Shown: one piece after another, positions 8,410 to 17,192 of the stretch
Position numbering within the stretch: the stretch's first letter is position 1
How the letters are laid out: every line of letters starts with the position of its first letter
NCBI GenBank assembly: GCA_043805855.1
Contig: JAZDHP010000064.1
Location: 1 to 30,822 of the forward strand
Length of the DNA stretch: 30,822 nucleotides
Source of the DNA: Candidatus Micrarchaeota archaeon
GTDB taxonomy: Archaea > Micrarchaeota > Micrarchaeia > Norongarragalinales > UBA8480
Direction: 5' to 3'
Notes under the pieces: model-generated
The model's input: the letters and a program-made list of their open reading frames with translations, nothing else
The model's database searches: none
What the model was told of the DNA's origin: nothing
Position numbers and translations under genes: made by a program

Positions 8410-9498
8410 TTAAACCATGCCGCGGCACGCAAGTAGCACCGCTAGTGAAAGCGGCACGTCCTGCCGGCCAATTGGAAGAGAAAAATCTTCGCCAGCAAAA
8501 GTAACACTAGCCGGCTGTTTTAGCTCAACGTACGCTCGACTGCTAAATGCAACTGCGTTTTTAGTTGCTTCGAATTTTCCCAATTCACTTCGCGATAGTG
8601 GACGCGCAATGAAACCAGTATCTCCATGTAATGTTCCTGGAACGCGAATGAGACGGTGCACGTCGAATGTAACTGGCGAGTCAACTTGAACGCCGTATTC
8701 GCGCACTACTTTTTGCAAAAGCTGTTCAGTTACTTCGTCGCTCCCGAGGAAAAACGCCCAGTTGCCATTGTTAATTAAGTTAATCACGTTTTGCAAATTT
8801 TCTTGTAAGTATTGTGCTTTGCGTTTTTGAAAAACACCAGCTGGATTTGAAAGTAAAGAAATTGCCGCGTCGCGGAAGTGCTTTTGCCACCCTGTAGAGT
8901 TTTTTCCTGGGCCTTGCAAGTAATTTACAAGCGCCCCGCTGCTGCCCCGTTGCTTTACACGCTGTACAAGCGAATCTACAGTTAATTCTTTTCCAGTAAT
9001 GTAATCAACAAGTAACCGCCGGCTAGTTGAAGATAGTTGTTGAACTGCTTTACACTTAACGTGCACGTGGAACCCTTTTGAACCAGAAAATGCAATTAGC
9101 AAGTCTTTTTCGCTGAGGCCAAAAATTGGAAGCAAGTAATTTTCAATTAAGCGAATTGTGTCACTGCGGGCTGTTTCAACACAGTGTTGGCAGAAAATTG
9201 CGTTATGTGCGTCGCCTTCTTCTGGCTTTGCATCTAAATCAAATACTAGATCTGCACCAAGGAGGTTTTTCTTTTCCATTGGCTGTGACCATGGAAATTC
9301 AAACTTTCCAACTGAATGTGAAATGAACCGCGGCGTGTCACTCACGAGGAAATTTTGGAACTCGCGTTGGTTGGAAAAAGCCTTGTGACGGTAGTTAATT
9401 TTCTTGTCAATCCCGATACCAAATTCCCGCTGGTGAATTAAATCAACGTTAATTGAATTACGCTGGTAATAGCTACGAAAGTGCAAAAGGTAATTCAT
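8410..9498 (-). CDS. priS: DNA primase catalytic subunit PriS
   Basis: REFG, DLVFDLD catalytic motif, FSGSKGFHVH, D..VT.DVHRLIRVPGTLHG, H..CxxC Zn site. Confidence 0.96.
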   Translation of the reverse strand: MNYLLHFRSYYQRNSINVDLIHQREFGIGIDKKINYRHKAFSNQREFQNFLVSDTPRFISHSVGKFEFPWSQPMEKKNLLGADLVFDLDAKPEEGDAHNAIFCQHCVETARSDTIRLIENYLLPIFGLSEKDLLIAFSGSKGFHVHVKCKAVQQLSSTSRRLLVDYITGKELTVDSLVQRVKQRGSSGALVNYLQGPGKNSTGWQKHFRDAAISLLSNPAGVFQKRKAQYLQENLQNVINLINNGNWAFFLGSDEVTEQLLQKVVREYGVQVDSPVTFDVHRLIRVPGTLHGDTGFIARPLSRSELGKFEATKNAVAFSSRAYVELKQPASVTFAGEDFSLPIGRQDVPLSLAVLLACRGMV

Positions 9499-10319
9499 TG
9501 CAATGCCCCTCCATTAATCCCACTGCGTTGTTGCCCCTTACGGTAAACCCACTCTAAAGTAGTAAGCGCTTCTTTTTCAGAAAACGGGCTCTTTCCCTGC
9601 GGGCACGATTTTACATATTCAAAAATAACTTGCTTGGCTTCTTCAAATGATAAATTATCGCGGAAACACGCGCGTGAAAGTTTCATGCAACCATAAAAAC
9701 GGCCGCCCTCTGGTTGGCCCATGCGTATTTGCTTTATCTCTAATCTCTCGAGGTTCTTCGCGGATTTTGGAAGCGAGAGCGCAAATTCTTTTGACAACTG
9801 TGCTGCAACGGCTTTAACTTCCACCGGGATAATCGACGATTGCGGTACGGTTAATACCTTGCGGCGTACTTGTCTGCCGAGAACTTCGTTTAACTCGTCA
9901 CTGAAAAGAAGCACAACCCCTTTTTCAACGCGCTGGAGCGAAATACTCTCTTCTACCTCTAGAAATTCAAACACGGGAATTGAATAAATTCGCGTTGCGT
10001 CATTTAGCGAAATTGAAGGGAATAGTTCTTTTGCAAATTCCATTGCGCTTGTTTTGTTATCGCGGAAAAACTTTTGCCACAAAGAAGAATAGGCATTTGC
10101 GAAACGGAAAATTAACTGATAAGGGCAAATGGAAAGGATAACTTTGCAAACTGCAAGTTGCCGAACAGCTTGGACATTGCCAGTTATTGTTTCTGGCAGT
10201 TGCTTGGAAAGCAGCGCCGCGATGAAAACTTTAGAATCAACAATTACCTTTTTATCTAGCGTAAACTCTTGAGTTTGCGCCATTTGCCTGGCTTTTTCAG
10301 AAAAAGGTAACAACATCAT
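9495..10319 (-). CDS. Primase non-catalytic subunit, PriL-like N-terminus with an atypical C-terminal domain
   Basis: ATGA overlap with priS. LPFSEKAR, RFA, IPVFEFL and LQRVEKGVVLL resemble the PriL N-terminal domain. The C-terminus lacks the PPC/Fe-S cysteine pattern. Confidence 0.68.
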   Translation of the reverse strand: MMLLPFSEKARQMAQTQEFTLDKKVIVDSKVFIAALLSKQLPETITGNVQAVRQLAVCKVILSICPYQLIFRFANAYSSLWQKFFRDNKTSAMEFAKELFPSISLNDATRIYSIPVFEFLEVEESISLQRVEKGVVLLFSDELNEVLGRQVRRKVLTVPQSSIIPVEVKAVAAQLSKEFALSLPKSAKNLERLEIKQIRMGQPEGGRFYGCMKLSRACFRDNLSFEEAKQVIFEYVKSCPQGKSPFSEKEALTTLEWVYRKGQQRSGINGGALQ

Positions 10320-10381
10320 GAAAAATGTGGAAAAGGGAAAAATAATAACGTTTAGCTGAGTAACGTTTGTGAGGGAATCGC

Positions 10382-11806
10382 ATGAAAAACATTAAAGTTG
10401 AATTTACCGACGCTGCTAAAAACGGTGTAATCGGCGTGATTGTGCTTGAAAACCAAGAGGAAAAACTCGCAAAACAATACAACATAACGTTTAAAGGCAA
10501 AAACAACAACTGCCAAGTTGTAAACGCGACAAGTGAAAAAACACTTATATTTGCAAGCGCCGGCAAAAAAGAAGCTTACAATGCAGAAGTGTTGAAAAAA
10601 ACAGTTGCAAAAATAACCGCCGCGGCAACTAATTACAACGCGAAAGAGCTTACAATAGATGCAAGTGCAGTTGAAAACTCTATTGCCGCATTAATTGAAG
10701 GTGTTGCCTTATCGCAGTACACTTTCTTGAAGTACAAAAGCCAACCAGATGGAGAAAAAACCCAAATTAGTGTTTTGAAAATCATTGCAAATGGAAACAA
10801 AAAAGAAATGGAACAAGAGGCAAAAACAACTCTTGCAATTGTAAACGCGGTTAACTACACGCGCGATATTGCCAACGAGCCGGGCAATGTAGCTACTCCA
10901 AATTACCTTGCTAATATTGCAAAAAACGTTGGAAAGGAAAGCAATAACGTCAATGTTACGGTTCTTGACAAGAAAAAGCTCGAAGAGTTAAAATGCAACG
11001 CGTTGCTTGGAGTTGCAGCTGGTTCAGTTCAACCGCCAGTAATGGTAGTGATGGAATACAAACCCGCGAAATACAACAAAACAATTGCGCTGGTTGGAAA
11101 AGGAATTACTTTTGACAGCGGGGGCATATCTCTCAAGCCAGGAAAAGATATGGACCAAATGAAGTTTGACAAAAGCGGAGCGTGCGCTGTAATCGGAGCG
11201 ATAAAAGCAATTAGTGAATTGCAACTACCAATCAACGTCGTAGGCGTATTTGCAGCAACTGAAAACCTGCCAAGTGGAAGCGCGTTGAAACCAGGCGACA
11301 TTATAACTGCTTATAATGGAAAGACAATTGAAATTCTCAACACCGACGCAGAGGGTAGGCTAATTCTTGCAGATGCACTTGCCTATACTGTAAAAAATTA
11401 CAAGCCTGACTACGTTATTGACATAGCTACCCTTACAGGCGCGTGTGTAACCGCACTTGGAAATACAATTAGCGGTTTAATTTCAAACAATGTACAATTG
11501 AGCAAAATGGTTTTCAAAGCCGGAGAAGAAACAGGAGACCGCTGTTGGGAACTGCCCATTTACCTTGAACACGAGGAAAAAGTGAAAAGCGAAGTTGCAG
11601 ACGTGCGCAATATAGGCGTTCCAGAAGGCGCTGGGACAATAACCGCAGCTGCTTTTCTCAAGCAATTCGTTGACAAAACACAGTGGGCGCACTTGGACGT
11701 AGCAGGAACAGCTTGGGCCACTACAAACAGAGACTATTATGGAAAAGGCGCAACCGGAGTAGGCGTACGGTTATTTGTAAAACTGTGCAGTAACCTGTGC
11801 AAATAA
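10382..11806 (+). CDS. pepA: Leucyl aminopeptidase (M17 family)
   Basis: GKGITFDSGG, MKFDKSG, NTDAEGRL, DIATLTGA, HLDVAGT. Confidence 0.97.
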   Translation: MKNIKVEFTDAAKNGVIGVIVLENQEEKLAKQYNITFKGKNNNCQVVNATSEKTLIFASAGKKEAYNAEVLKKTVAKITAAATNYNAKELTIDASAVENSIAALIEGVALSQYTFLKYKSQPDGEKTQISVLKIIANGNKKEMEQEAKTTLAIVNAVNYTRDIANEPGNVATPNYLANIAKNVGKESNNVNVTVLDKKKLEELKCNALLGVAAGSVQPPVMVVMEYKPAKYNKTIALVGKGITFDSGGISLKPGKDMDQMKFDKSGACAVIGAIKAISELQLPINVVGVFAATENLPSGSALKPGDIITAYNGKTIEILNTDAEGRLILADALAYTVKNYKPDYVIDIATLTGACVTALGNTISGLISNNVQLSKMVFKAGEETGDRCWELPIYLEHEEKVKSEVADVRNIGVPEGAGTITAAAFLKQFVDKTQWAHLDVAGTAWATTNRDYYGKGATGVGVRLFVKLCSNLCK

Positions 11807-11882
11807 GTAAACAAAAATAAAAAATTAAAAGAAATGGAAAAAGTAAAACAAAGGAAAAAATAAACGCAAAAAAGTGAAAAAA

Positions 11883-12179
11883 ATGGAAAGTGAAGAAGTG
11901 CTAGCTGCTCTTGAAAAAAGGCATAGGGAAGGCTATACCTTATACGCAACTGGAGTTGCGCCCGAGCTAAAGGGACAACGTATAAAAGCAGCGCTAGTTG
12001 CATTTCACCCAGATAGACGCGTACACTTAACTGTAGAATTTGAAAACATGAAAACCGGCGCAGTAAAAACAAGAGCAAGAGAACTCACGCTCGGAGCATA
12101 CATGACTTACCACGAGAAACGAAGAATGGCACTCGGCACAACAAGAGAAATAGCCCACTTCTTGCAAGAGCAACGCTAA
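11883..12179 (+). CDS. Hypothetical protein
   Basis: 98 aa from ATG 11883, fills the gap after pepA. No family recognised. Confidence 0.6.
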   Translation: MESEEVLAALEKRHREGYTLYATGVAPELKGQRIKAALVAFHPDRRVHLTVEFENMKTGAVKTRARELTLGAYMTYHEKRRMALGTTREIAHFLQEQR

Positions 12180-12198
12180 TTATTGAAAAGAATCAGAA

Positions 12199-12298
12199 CT
12201 TACACTTCGCTTATCAGAGCCAGAGTAGGCGAAGTGTAAGGCTTTAACAAAGCAGAAAAACCCACCTTTAGGCACAAGGTAAATGCTGCTTTGTTAAA
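12199..12298. repeat. Twin-hairpin element, copy 2
   Basis: Stem A CTTACACTTCGC (12199-12210) / GCGAAGTGTAAG (12229-12240), GC linker, stem B TTTAACAAAGCAG (12243-12255) / CTGCTTTGTTAAA (12286-12298). Confidence 0.85.
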
Positions 12299-12384
12299 TA
12301 AGAAAAAGGAAATAAAAAAAGAAAGAAAAGGCCCCAAGTTTCTTTTTGGGGTTGGAAGACCTTTTTCTTTTCTAAAGAAAAAGG
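12299..12384 (-). terminator. Probable terminator of the major pilin gene
   Basis: 11-bp perfect stem (12360-12370 / 12374-12384) and a CCCCAA/TTGGGG stem, followed on the minus strand by a long T-rich pyrimidine tract. Confidence 0.6.
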
Positions 12385-12386
12385 GC

Positions 12387-12818
12387 TTACTCGTACTTGC
12401 CAGAAACGAATCCGGTTGAGTTGTGTGCAATTCCACTTCTTGTGTTTGTGAAGGCAACTGTCACGGTTTGCTGGTCATATGTATTTCCAGCTGTTCCCGC
12501 GGGATAGCCTGTCAAAGTACAAGTTGTGTTTGCTCCTGCTGCTACTGCAGTTGGTGTGCAACCTGAAGTTGAAACTGTTACTGCTGCGCCAACTTTGTTG
12601 TTCAATACCATCGTCAATACACCAGTAGAGTTCATCTTGAAGTCTTGGCATACGAAGCTGTCAAAGCCACCGCATTGCTTGTCTCCAGTCCATTTAGCTG
12701 GGTTGAAAACTCCGAAGTACCACAGTACCCCTGCGATTATGACAATTGCGAGAATTGCCCATCCGTAGGTAATTAGATATTCTAGAGCCGCTTGCCCTCG
12801 TGTAGTTTTTCCTTTCAT
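12387..12818 (-). CDS. Type IV pilin, probable major pilin (class III signal peptide)
   Basis: MKGKTTRG|QAALEYLITYGWAILAIVII..YFGVFNP, with Glu at +5. Has its own TATA, Shine-Dalgarno and terminator. Confidence 0.92.
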   Translation of the reverse strand: MKGKTTRGQAALEYLITYGWAILAIVIIAGVLWYFGVFNPAKWTGDKQCGGFDSFVCQDFKMNSTGVLTMVLNNKVGAAVTVSTSGCTPTAVAAGANTTCTLTGYPAGTAGNTYDQQTVTVAFTNTRSGIAHNSTGFVSGKYE

Positions 12819-12826
12819 TTTTTCAA

Positions 12827-12879
12827 ACCTCTTAAAACTTGATGAAAAAGTAACGCGCCGGTCATTTTTAAACCTTATT
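12827..12879 (-). promoter_or_regulatory. BRE/TATA promoter and Shine-Dalgarno of the pilin gene
   Basis: Minus strand AATAAGG-TTTAAAAA (12879-12865) and GAGGT (12831-12827), 8 nt before the ATG. Confidence 0.6.
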
Positions 12880-12892
12880 CTAAGACGTGCGG

Positions 12893-13924
12893 CTATTTGA
12901 AAACGGGGCCAAGGGCAGTTCCAAGCAAAGCGCTGGTTATGAAGAAAATTAACAGCGATATAAAGAGAAATAATGGAGCGTAGAACAGACCTTGCGCTGC
13001 TTTGCCGAATCTAATGAGTCCAAGTATAAACGCGGCGGATATGGATGTAAGCGCAATTGCCGCAAGTGCGAACAGTTTAACGTCTTCAGAGTTAATGAGT
13101 TTCTCGGAACTTCCCCCGCCGATGCCGATCATTGGTACGCCGCTCATTCCAGCTTGTTGCATTGCATTATCGTCGAGTTTAACGTCGCTTACTTGTTTTT
13201 GAAAAAGGTCTTCGTTTAGTTGCGTGTAGTAAACTGAAACTGAAAACAGTAACGGAGAAGCTAGCACAGCAGCGAATACAATGAACATCGCGTATGTTGT
13301 TGTTGAAGTTGCTACTTCGCGTTTTAACCGCTGTACGTTGCGGATGTCGTTTGAAACTTCTTCTAGTAAATGCGCCATTTCGCCTCCCAATGAAATGCCC
13401 TGGACTAGTAATTTTACCGCGCGCTCTAGGGTATTGGACCGCACGCGTGTTGTGAAACGCATTAGTGAATTGGAAATTGGCATTCCGCCGAACACATCTG
13501 CGGATACTTTTTGAATTTCGTCACGCAGTGGCCCGAATTCCGGTCGCGCTGCGCCCCAAACGGCATTTTCTAGAGTCATCCCTGCGCGTATGTTAGCTGC
13601 GATGATTTGCATTGCTGGCGGGAGCATCTCTTCTATTTGTGCAGCGCGTGCGTCTGCAGTTGCAACTAGTAAAATGTAAAAAATTGTTTCCATTAATCCG
13701 AAAACGGCGATTGGTAAAACTATTGAAATAATTTGGTCAGTTGTGTAGAATTGAACTCCGAAAAATGCAAGTAGCGCTAGGCACAGGGAAAAGAAAAGTG
13801 AAAACCCAATGTAAGTTCGCGGTGAAATTTTCTTGAACCCGCCTTGTATCATTAGCTTACCCGTTACGTTGACTAGCTCGCGTGGCAGGATTGAAGAAAT
13901 TTTTTCGTAGGAGAATTCAAACAT
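12893..13924 (-). CDS. Type IV pilus platform protein (T2SSF / TadC-like)
   Basis: Multiple TM helices; IEEMLP..IAANIRAGMTLE.A...ARPEFGPL. Confidence 0.9.
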   Translation of the reverse strand: MFEFSYEKISSILPRELVNVTGKLMIQGGFKKISPRTYIGFSLFFSLCLALLAFFGVQFYTTDQIISIVLPIAVFGLMETIFYILLVATADARAAQIEEMLPPAMQIIAANIRAGMTLENAVWGAARPEFGPLRDEIQKVSADVFGGMPISNSLMRFTTRVRSNTLERAVKLLVQGISLGGEMAHLLEEVSNDIRNVQRLKREVATSTTTYAMFIVFAAVLASPLLFSVSVYYTQLNEDLFQKQVSDVKLDDNAMQQAGMSGVPMIGIGGGSSEKLINSEDVKLFALAAIALTSISAAFILGLIRFGKAAQGLFYAPLFLFISLLIFFITSALLGTALGPVFK

Positions 13925-13928
13925 TTTG

Positions 13929-14792
13929 TTAGATCATTGGCCTCCTTGAGCTGACTAGGTTCATGAAGAACAATTGGAATAAAAGTAAACCAACAAGAAT
14001 TATGACGAAGACTATTGACGGTAACGCGGCTTTTATGAAAGTGGTTAATACGATTAACATTGTTACGCCTAAACTTGGACAAATAACCGCGCCTAGTAGA
14101 TACATCATTGTCCATGGCGATAGTTCTTGGCCATAGCGGCGAATTTGTTCAATTCTTTCGCGGGTTAAATCTTCAACTTGCGAGTCAAGCGCAGCGCTTA
14201 CATCTGAACCGACTTTCAGCGCGTTGGAAACTTGCCACAATAGACGCCGCATGCTTGGCGAGGGACTTCCTGTAGAAGCTTCTGCTAGTACGTCAAGTTC
14301 AGGCGCACCGCTTTCTATTTTGTTAACGATTTTTCTAAACTCTACAGACGCTTCGCCGTAATCTACAGTTACTGAAGCCATTGCTGAAAATAGCGTTACA
14401 CCAGAGCGCAACTCAATTAGAATTTGGCGAACTGCGTGGATTAAGTTAAATTCAATTTGTTTTGCGCGTCGCATTGCAATTATTTTTGGATAAATTACAA
14501 TTGTTACAAAAGTGAAAAGCATCATTAGAACTGGAAGAATAATTGCAATTATGAGGATTTCTTGCTTTGCGAGAAAGCCAATTATAAGAAGGCCAATAAA
14601 AAGGAAAAGTGCGTTGAAAGCTGCTGCTAGGAAGCTCATTGAAGCGTATTCGCGCGGTGTATAATCAGAGTCAGCTTGCCTTAGCCACAAGTCTAAAAGC
14701 GGGAAAAAACTAGCGAGGAAACTTCCAATTGGAAATAGTAGTTTGGAAGATTCAAATAGCGGCTTTTCTGGAATTAAACTAAAGGGAATCAT
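13929..14792 (-). CDS. Type IV pilus platform protein (T2SSF / TadB-like)
   Basis: TM helices; LRSGVTLF.AM..V..DYGEAS.EF, LWQVSNALKVG, PSLGVT. Confidence 0.9.
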   Translation of the reverse strand: MIPFSLIPEKPLFESSKLLFPIGSFLASFFPLLDLWLRQADSDYTPREYASMSFLAAAFNALFLFIGLLIIGFLAKQEILIIAIILPVLMMLFTFVTIVIYPKIIAMRRAKQIEFNLIHAVRQILIELRSGVTLFSAMASVTVDYGEASVEFRKIVNKIESGAPELDVLAEASTGSPSPSMRRLLWQVSNALKVGSDVSAALDSQVEDLTRERIEQIRRYGQELSPWTMMYLLGAVICPSLGVTMLIVLTTFIKAALPSIVFVIILVGLLLFQLFFMNLVSSRRPMI

Positions 14793-16300
14793 TTTGCGTT
14801 ACCTAACATTTCTTGAAATCCTTTGTCTTTCTTAACCACGTCAAGCACAACTTGCGGATCTCGATAGTACTCTGCTGAAACTCTGCCAACTTCTTCAATT
14901 TTGAAAATTTTATGTTTTCCAAGTGAAGCTAAAATTTCTTCTTTGCCGTTTAAATCTTCTTTTATTTCCTTGTCAGTCCAGCCCGTATGAAGGGAGAGGT
15001 ATTCCATTACTTGTTTAAGCGCACCAGTTTCAACTAATTTATCTTGAGACGCGTCCCAGCGGTAAACTACGTTGAAGTTAACTCCCTTTCCTTGAGGTAC
15101 AACTTCTGCCACTTCAAAAGTTCTACGAAATCCAGATCTACGTTGACGGTATTGAACTAAAATTAAGTGAAGTGCCCCCAACATACTTTCTGGGAGGTTA
15201 ATCGGCGGGTTTGTCAAACGATTTTTCACTTGCTGCGCGTCATCGGCGTGGATAGTTGAATAAACCGCGTGGCCAGTGTGCATTGCTTCGAATAAAACTT
15301 CAGCTTCGCTCTGGCGACGAATTTCACCAAGTACAATTCTATCAGGTCTCATACGCAATGAATTGACCATCAAGTCAAGTAAGTCAACGCCGCCTTTACC
15401 TTCAGGATTTGGTTGACGGGTTGCCATTGGAGTCCAATGTAAGAAATCTTGAAGAACGAGTTCTCTGGTGTCCTCCATACTTATGACACGTTGGTTCGGC
15501 GGAGTAAAAGCAAGAATTGCGTTTAGAATACTTGTTTTTCCAGATGCTGTGCCGCCGCCGATTAAAATGTTCAACTCATACTGCATTGCTAACCAACATA
15601 GCGCAGCGACTTTCAAGTTAAGTGTATTATTGTTAATTAAACTGACAAGCGTCCAGGGGTCCTTTGCAAATTTACGAATTGTAATACTGTGCCCTTTTGT
15701 AGATATGGGAAACAGCGTTGCGTTGACACGATCTCCTGAAAGCAAGTGCGCGTCCATTAAAGGGTTAAGGTTAGTAATTTGCTTTCCAACTTTACGCGCA
15801 ATTATAGACGAGTAGTTTAAAATTTGCTCCTCGGAAGCTAGGGAAACGTTTGTCTTTAGCCAGCCGAATTTCTTATGGTAAACCCAAACGGATTCCTGGG
15901 CAGAGTTAATTACAATTTCTTCAAGGTTTTCATCCGCAAGCAGCAGTTCAACATCTCCCAATCCAAGCATTTGCTGAACTAACTTACCGACAAGTATATC
16001 TTCTTCACGTGGAAGCAATTCTCCAAATTCTTGTTTTACAAGTTCGCGAGCTTTTTCAGAAACGCGTTGTTTAATTTTATCCGCTTCGCGCGGGTCAAGC
16101 AACTCCGATAATTTAATTGGAACGTTTTCAACAACCCGTTGTTTCAAAAGGTCAAGCGCAACTTTAGTTGCTTCCTTTAATTTCGCGTGGCGCAGTTCGT
16201 AAATGTCAACAAACTCATTACTTTTTCGCAGAATAGCGACAGTTGCGGGAATGCCGTAGCTAGAAATATCGTACTCCATTAACAGTTCGCTTTCAGTCAT
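14789..16300 (-). CDS. Type II/IV secretion ATPase (CpaF/VirB11-like pilus assembly ATPase)
   Basis: Walker A GGTASGKT, Asp box SMEDTREL, LRMRPDRIVLGEIR, His box AMHTGH..STIHA. Confidence 0.96.
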   Translation of the reverse strand: MTESELLMEYDISSYGIPATVAILRKSNEFVDIYELRHAKLKEATKVALDLLKQRVVENVPIKLSELLDPREADKIKQRVSEKARELVKQEFGELLPREEDILVGKLVQQMLGLGDVELLLADENLEEIVINSAQESVWVYHKKFGWLKTNVSLASEEQILNYSSIIARKVGKQITNLNPLMDAHLLSGDRVNATLFPISTKGHSITIRKFAKDPWTLVSLINNNTLNLKVAALCWLAMQYELNILIGGGTASGKTSILNAILAFTPPNQRVISMEDTRELVLQDFLHWTPMATRQPNPEGKGGVDLLDLMVNSLRMRPDRIVLGEIRRQSEAEVLFEAMHTGHAVYSTIHADDAQQVKNRLTNPPINLPESMLGALHLILVQYRQRRSGFRRTFEVAEVVPQGKGVNFNVVYRWDASQDKLVETGALKQVMEYLSLHTGWTDKEIKEDLNGKEEILASLGKHKIFKIEEVGRVSAEYYRDPQVVLDVVKKDKGFQEMLGNAK

Positions 16301-16308
16301 TTTACTTT

Positions 16309-17118
16309 TTACACTCTACTTTTTCTTTTGCGCCAGTAATGTTGTTTAATTTTGTCAGAGCGAAGTTCCAAAACCCTCGTGCGCTTTTGCCTAACGTTGA
16401 GTTTCTTTTTGCCGAGAAAAGTTATCTTCGGCGCGCGGTCAAACGCTTTTTCCTTGCGTAGAACAAAACGCTTGCGCCGTTTGTTTTTAAAGCTGGCGAA
16501 TAACTTTTTAATCCAGGTAATTATCTTTTCAATCAACGTAACTTCTTCAATAATTTTCTTGCCTTTCTTGAAAGAGTTGAGTTTTTCTCTAAAGTGAGTT
16601 AAACGATTGTAAAAATGCTCTTCCATGTCAGCTAAATCTTTAACCTCTGAAGAAAACGCAGCTAATTGCGAGAGCGCCAGGTCAATTTCGCTTTCAACTT
16701 CTTTGACATCTTCAGGCGTGACATTTTTCTGCTTTTCTAAATCAACTAGTAATTTTTCTGCAATTGAAACGCGGCGCGAAATATCTTTTTCGAAAAATTT
16801 CAAAAGATTTTCAGCGGTTAGTACTTGTCTTTCTAGCTCTTCTCCCTCAACAACAGCTTTACTCTTTGTAACTTCAACTCCTTCTTCTTTTTTGTCAGAT
16901 TGAGCTATTGACGCTGTTTTAATTGAAACTGTAACTGAACCGACGTTGTATTGTAACTCTACAAAACTAGCTTGCTCTAGAAGCAACGCAATACGCTCTG
17001 CTTGTTCTTCTTTTATTCCCAAGGCACCAGCTACTTCTGAAAGTTTTGTTTTCTTGTTGGTTTTAATGTAGTCGAGAAAACGGTCGATAACCGTCTCTAC
17101 ATTTTCGTACTTGGACAT
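16309..17118 (-). CDS. Pilus-locus protein: winged-helix-like N-terminus, coiled coil, basic tail
   Basis: ETVIDRFLDYIK..LSEVAGALGI.EEQAERIALLLE...VELQY is wHTH-like. The middle is E/K-rich and helical; the C-terminus is K/R-rich. Confidence 0.7.
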   Translation of the reverse strand: MSKYENVETVIDRFLDYIKTNKKTKLSEVAGALGIKEEQAERIALLLEQASFVELQYNVGSVTVSIKTASIAQSDKKEEGVEVTKSKAVVEGEELERQVLTAENLLKFFEKDISRRVSIAEKLLVDLEKQKNVTPEDVKEVESEIDLALSQLAAFSSEVKDLADMEEHFYNRLTHFREKLNSFKKGKKIIEEVTLIEKIITWIKKLFASFKNKRRKRFVLRKEKAFDRAPKITFLGKKKLNVRQKRTRVLELRSDKIKQHYWRKRKSRV

Positions 17119-17192
17119 CTTGCAACTATTACATTTCAGTTGTTTAAAACCCTAGCGAAATGTTTACTCGCGCATAAACTAAGCTAAGCTAA

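Noticed and set aside
10346..10368. Direct repeat TAACGTTT x2 in the priL/pepA divergent region
   Set aside because: Only two 8-mers in AT-rich sequence; cannot be distinguished from chance.
12241..12299. Integron attC site (59 bp, ..TTAAC ... GTTAAAT ends; copy 1 ends GTTAAGT)
   Set aside because: The stem is perfectly paired next to AAC/GTT, with no unpaired central spacer and no pairing L boxes with an extrahelical base. No integrase is in the window.
12199..12300. H/ACA or C/D guide RNA
   Set aside because: No K-turn/K-loop GA pairs, no consistent ACA box in both copies, no C/D boxes.
17167..17192. TAAGC short tandem repeat (similar TAGC-rich text at 27495-27512)
   Set aside because: Too short and low in complexity to support a function.
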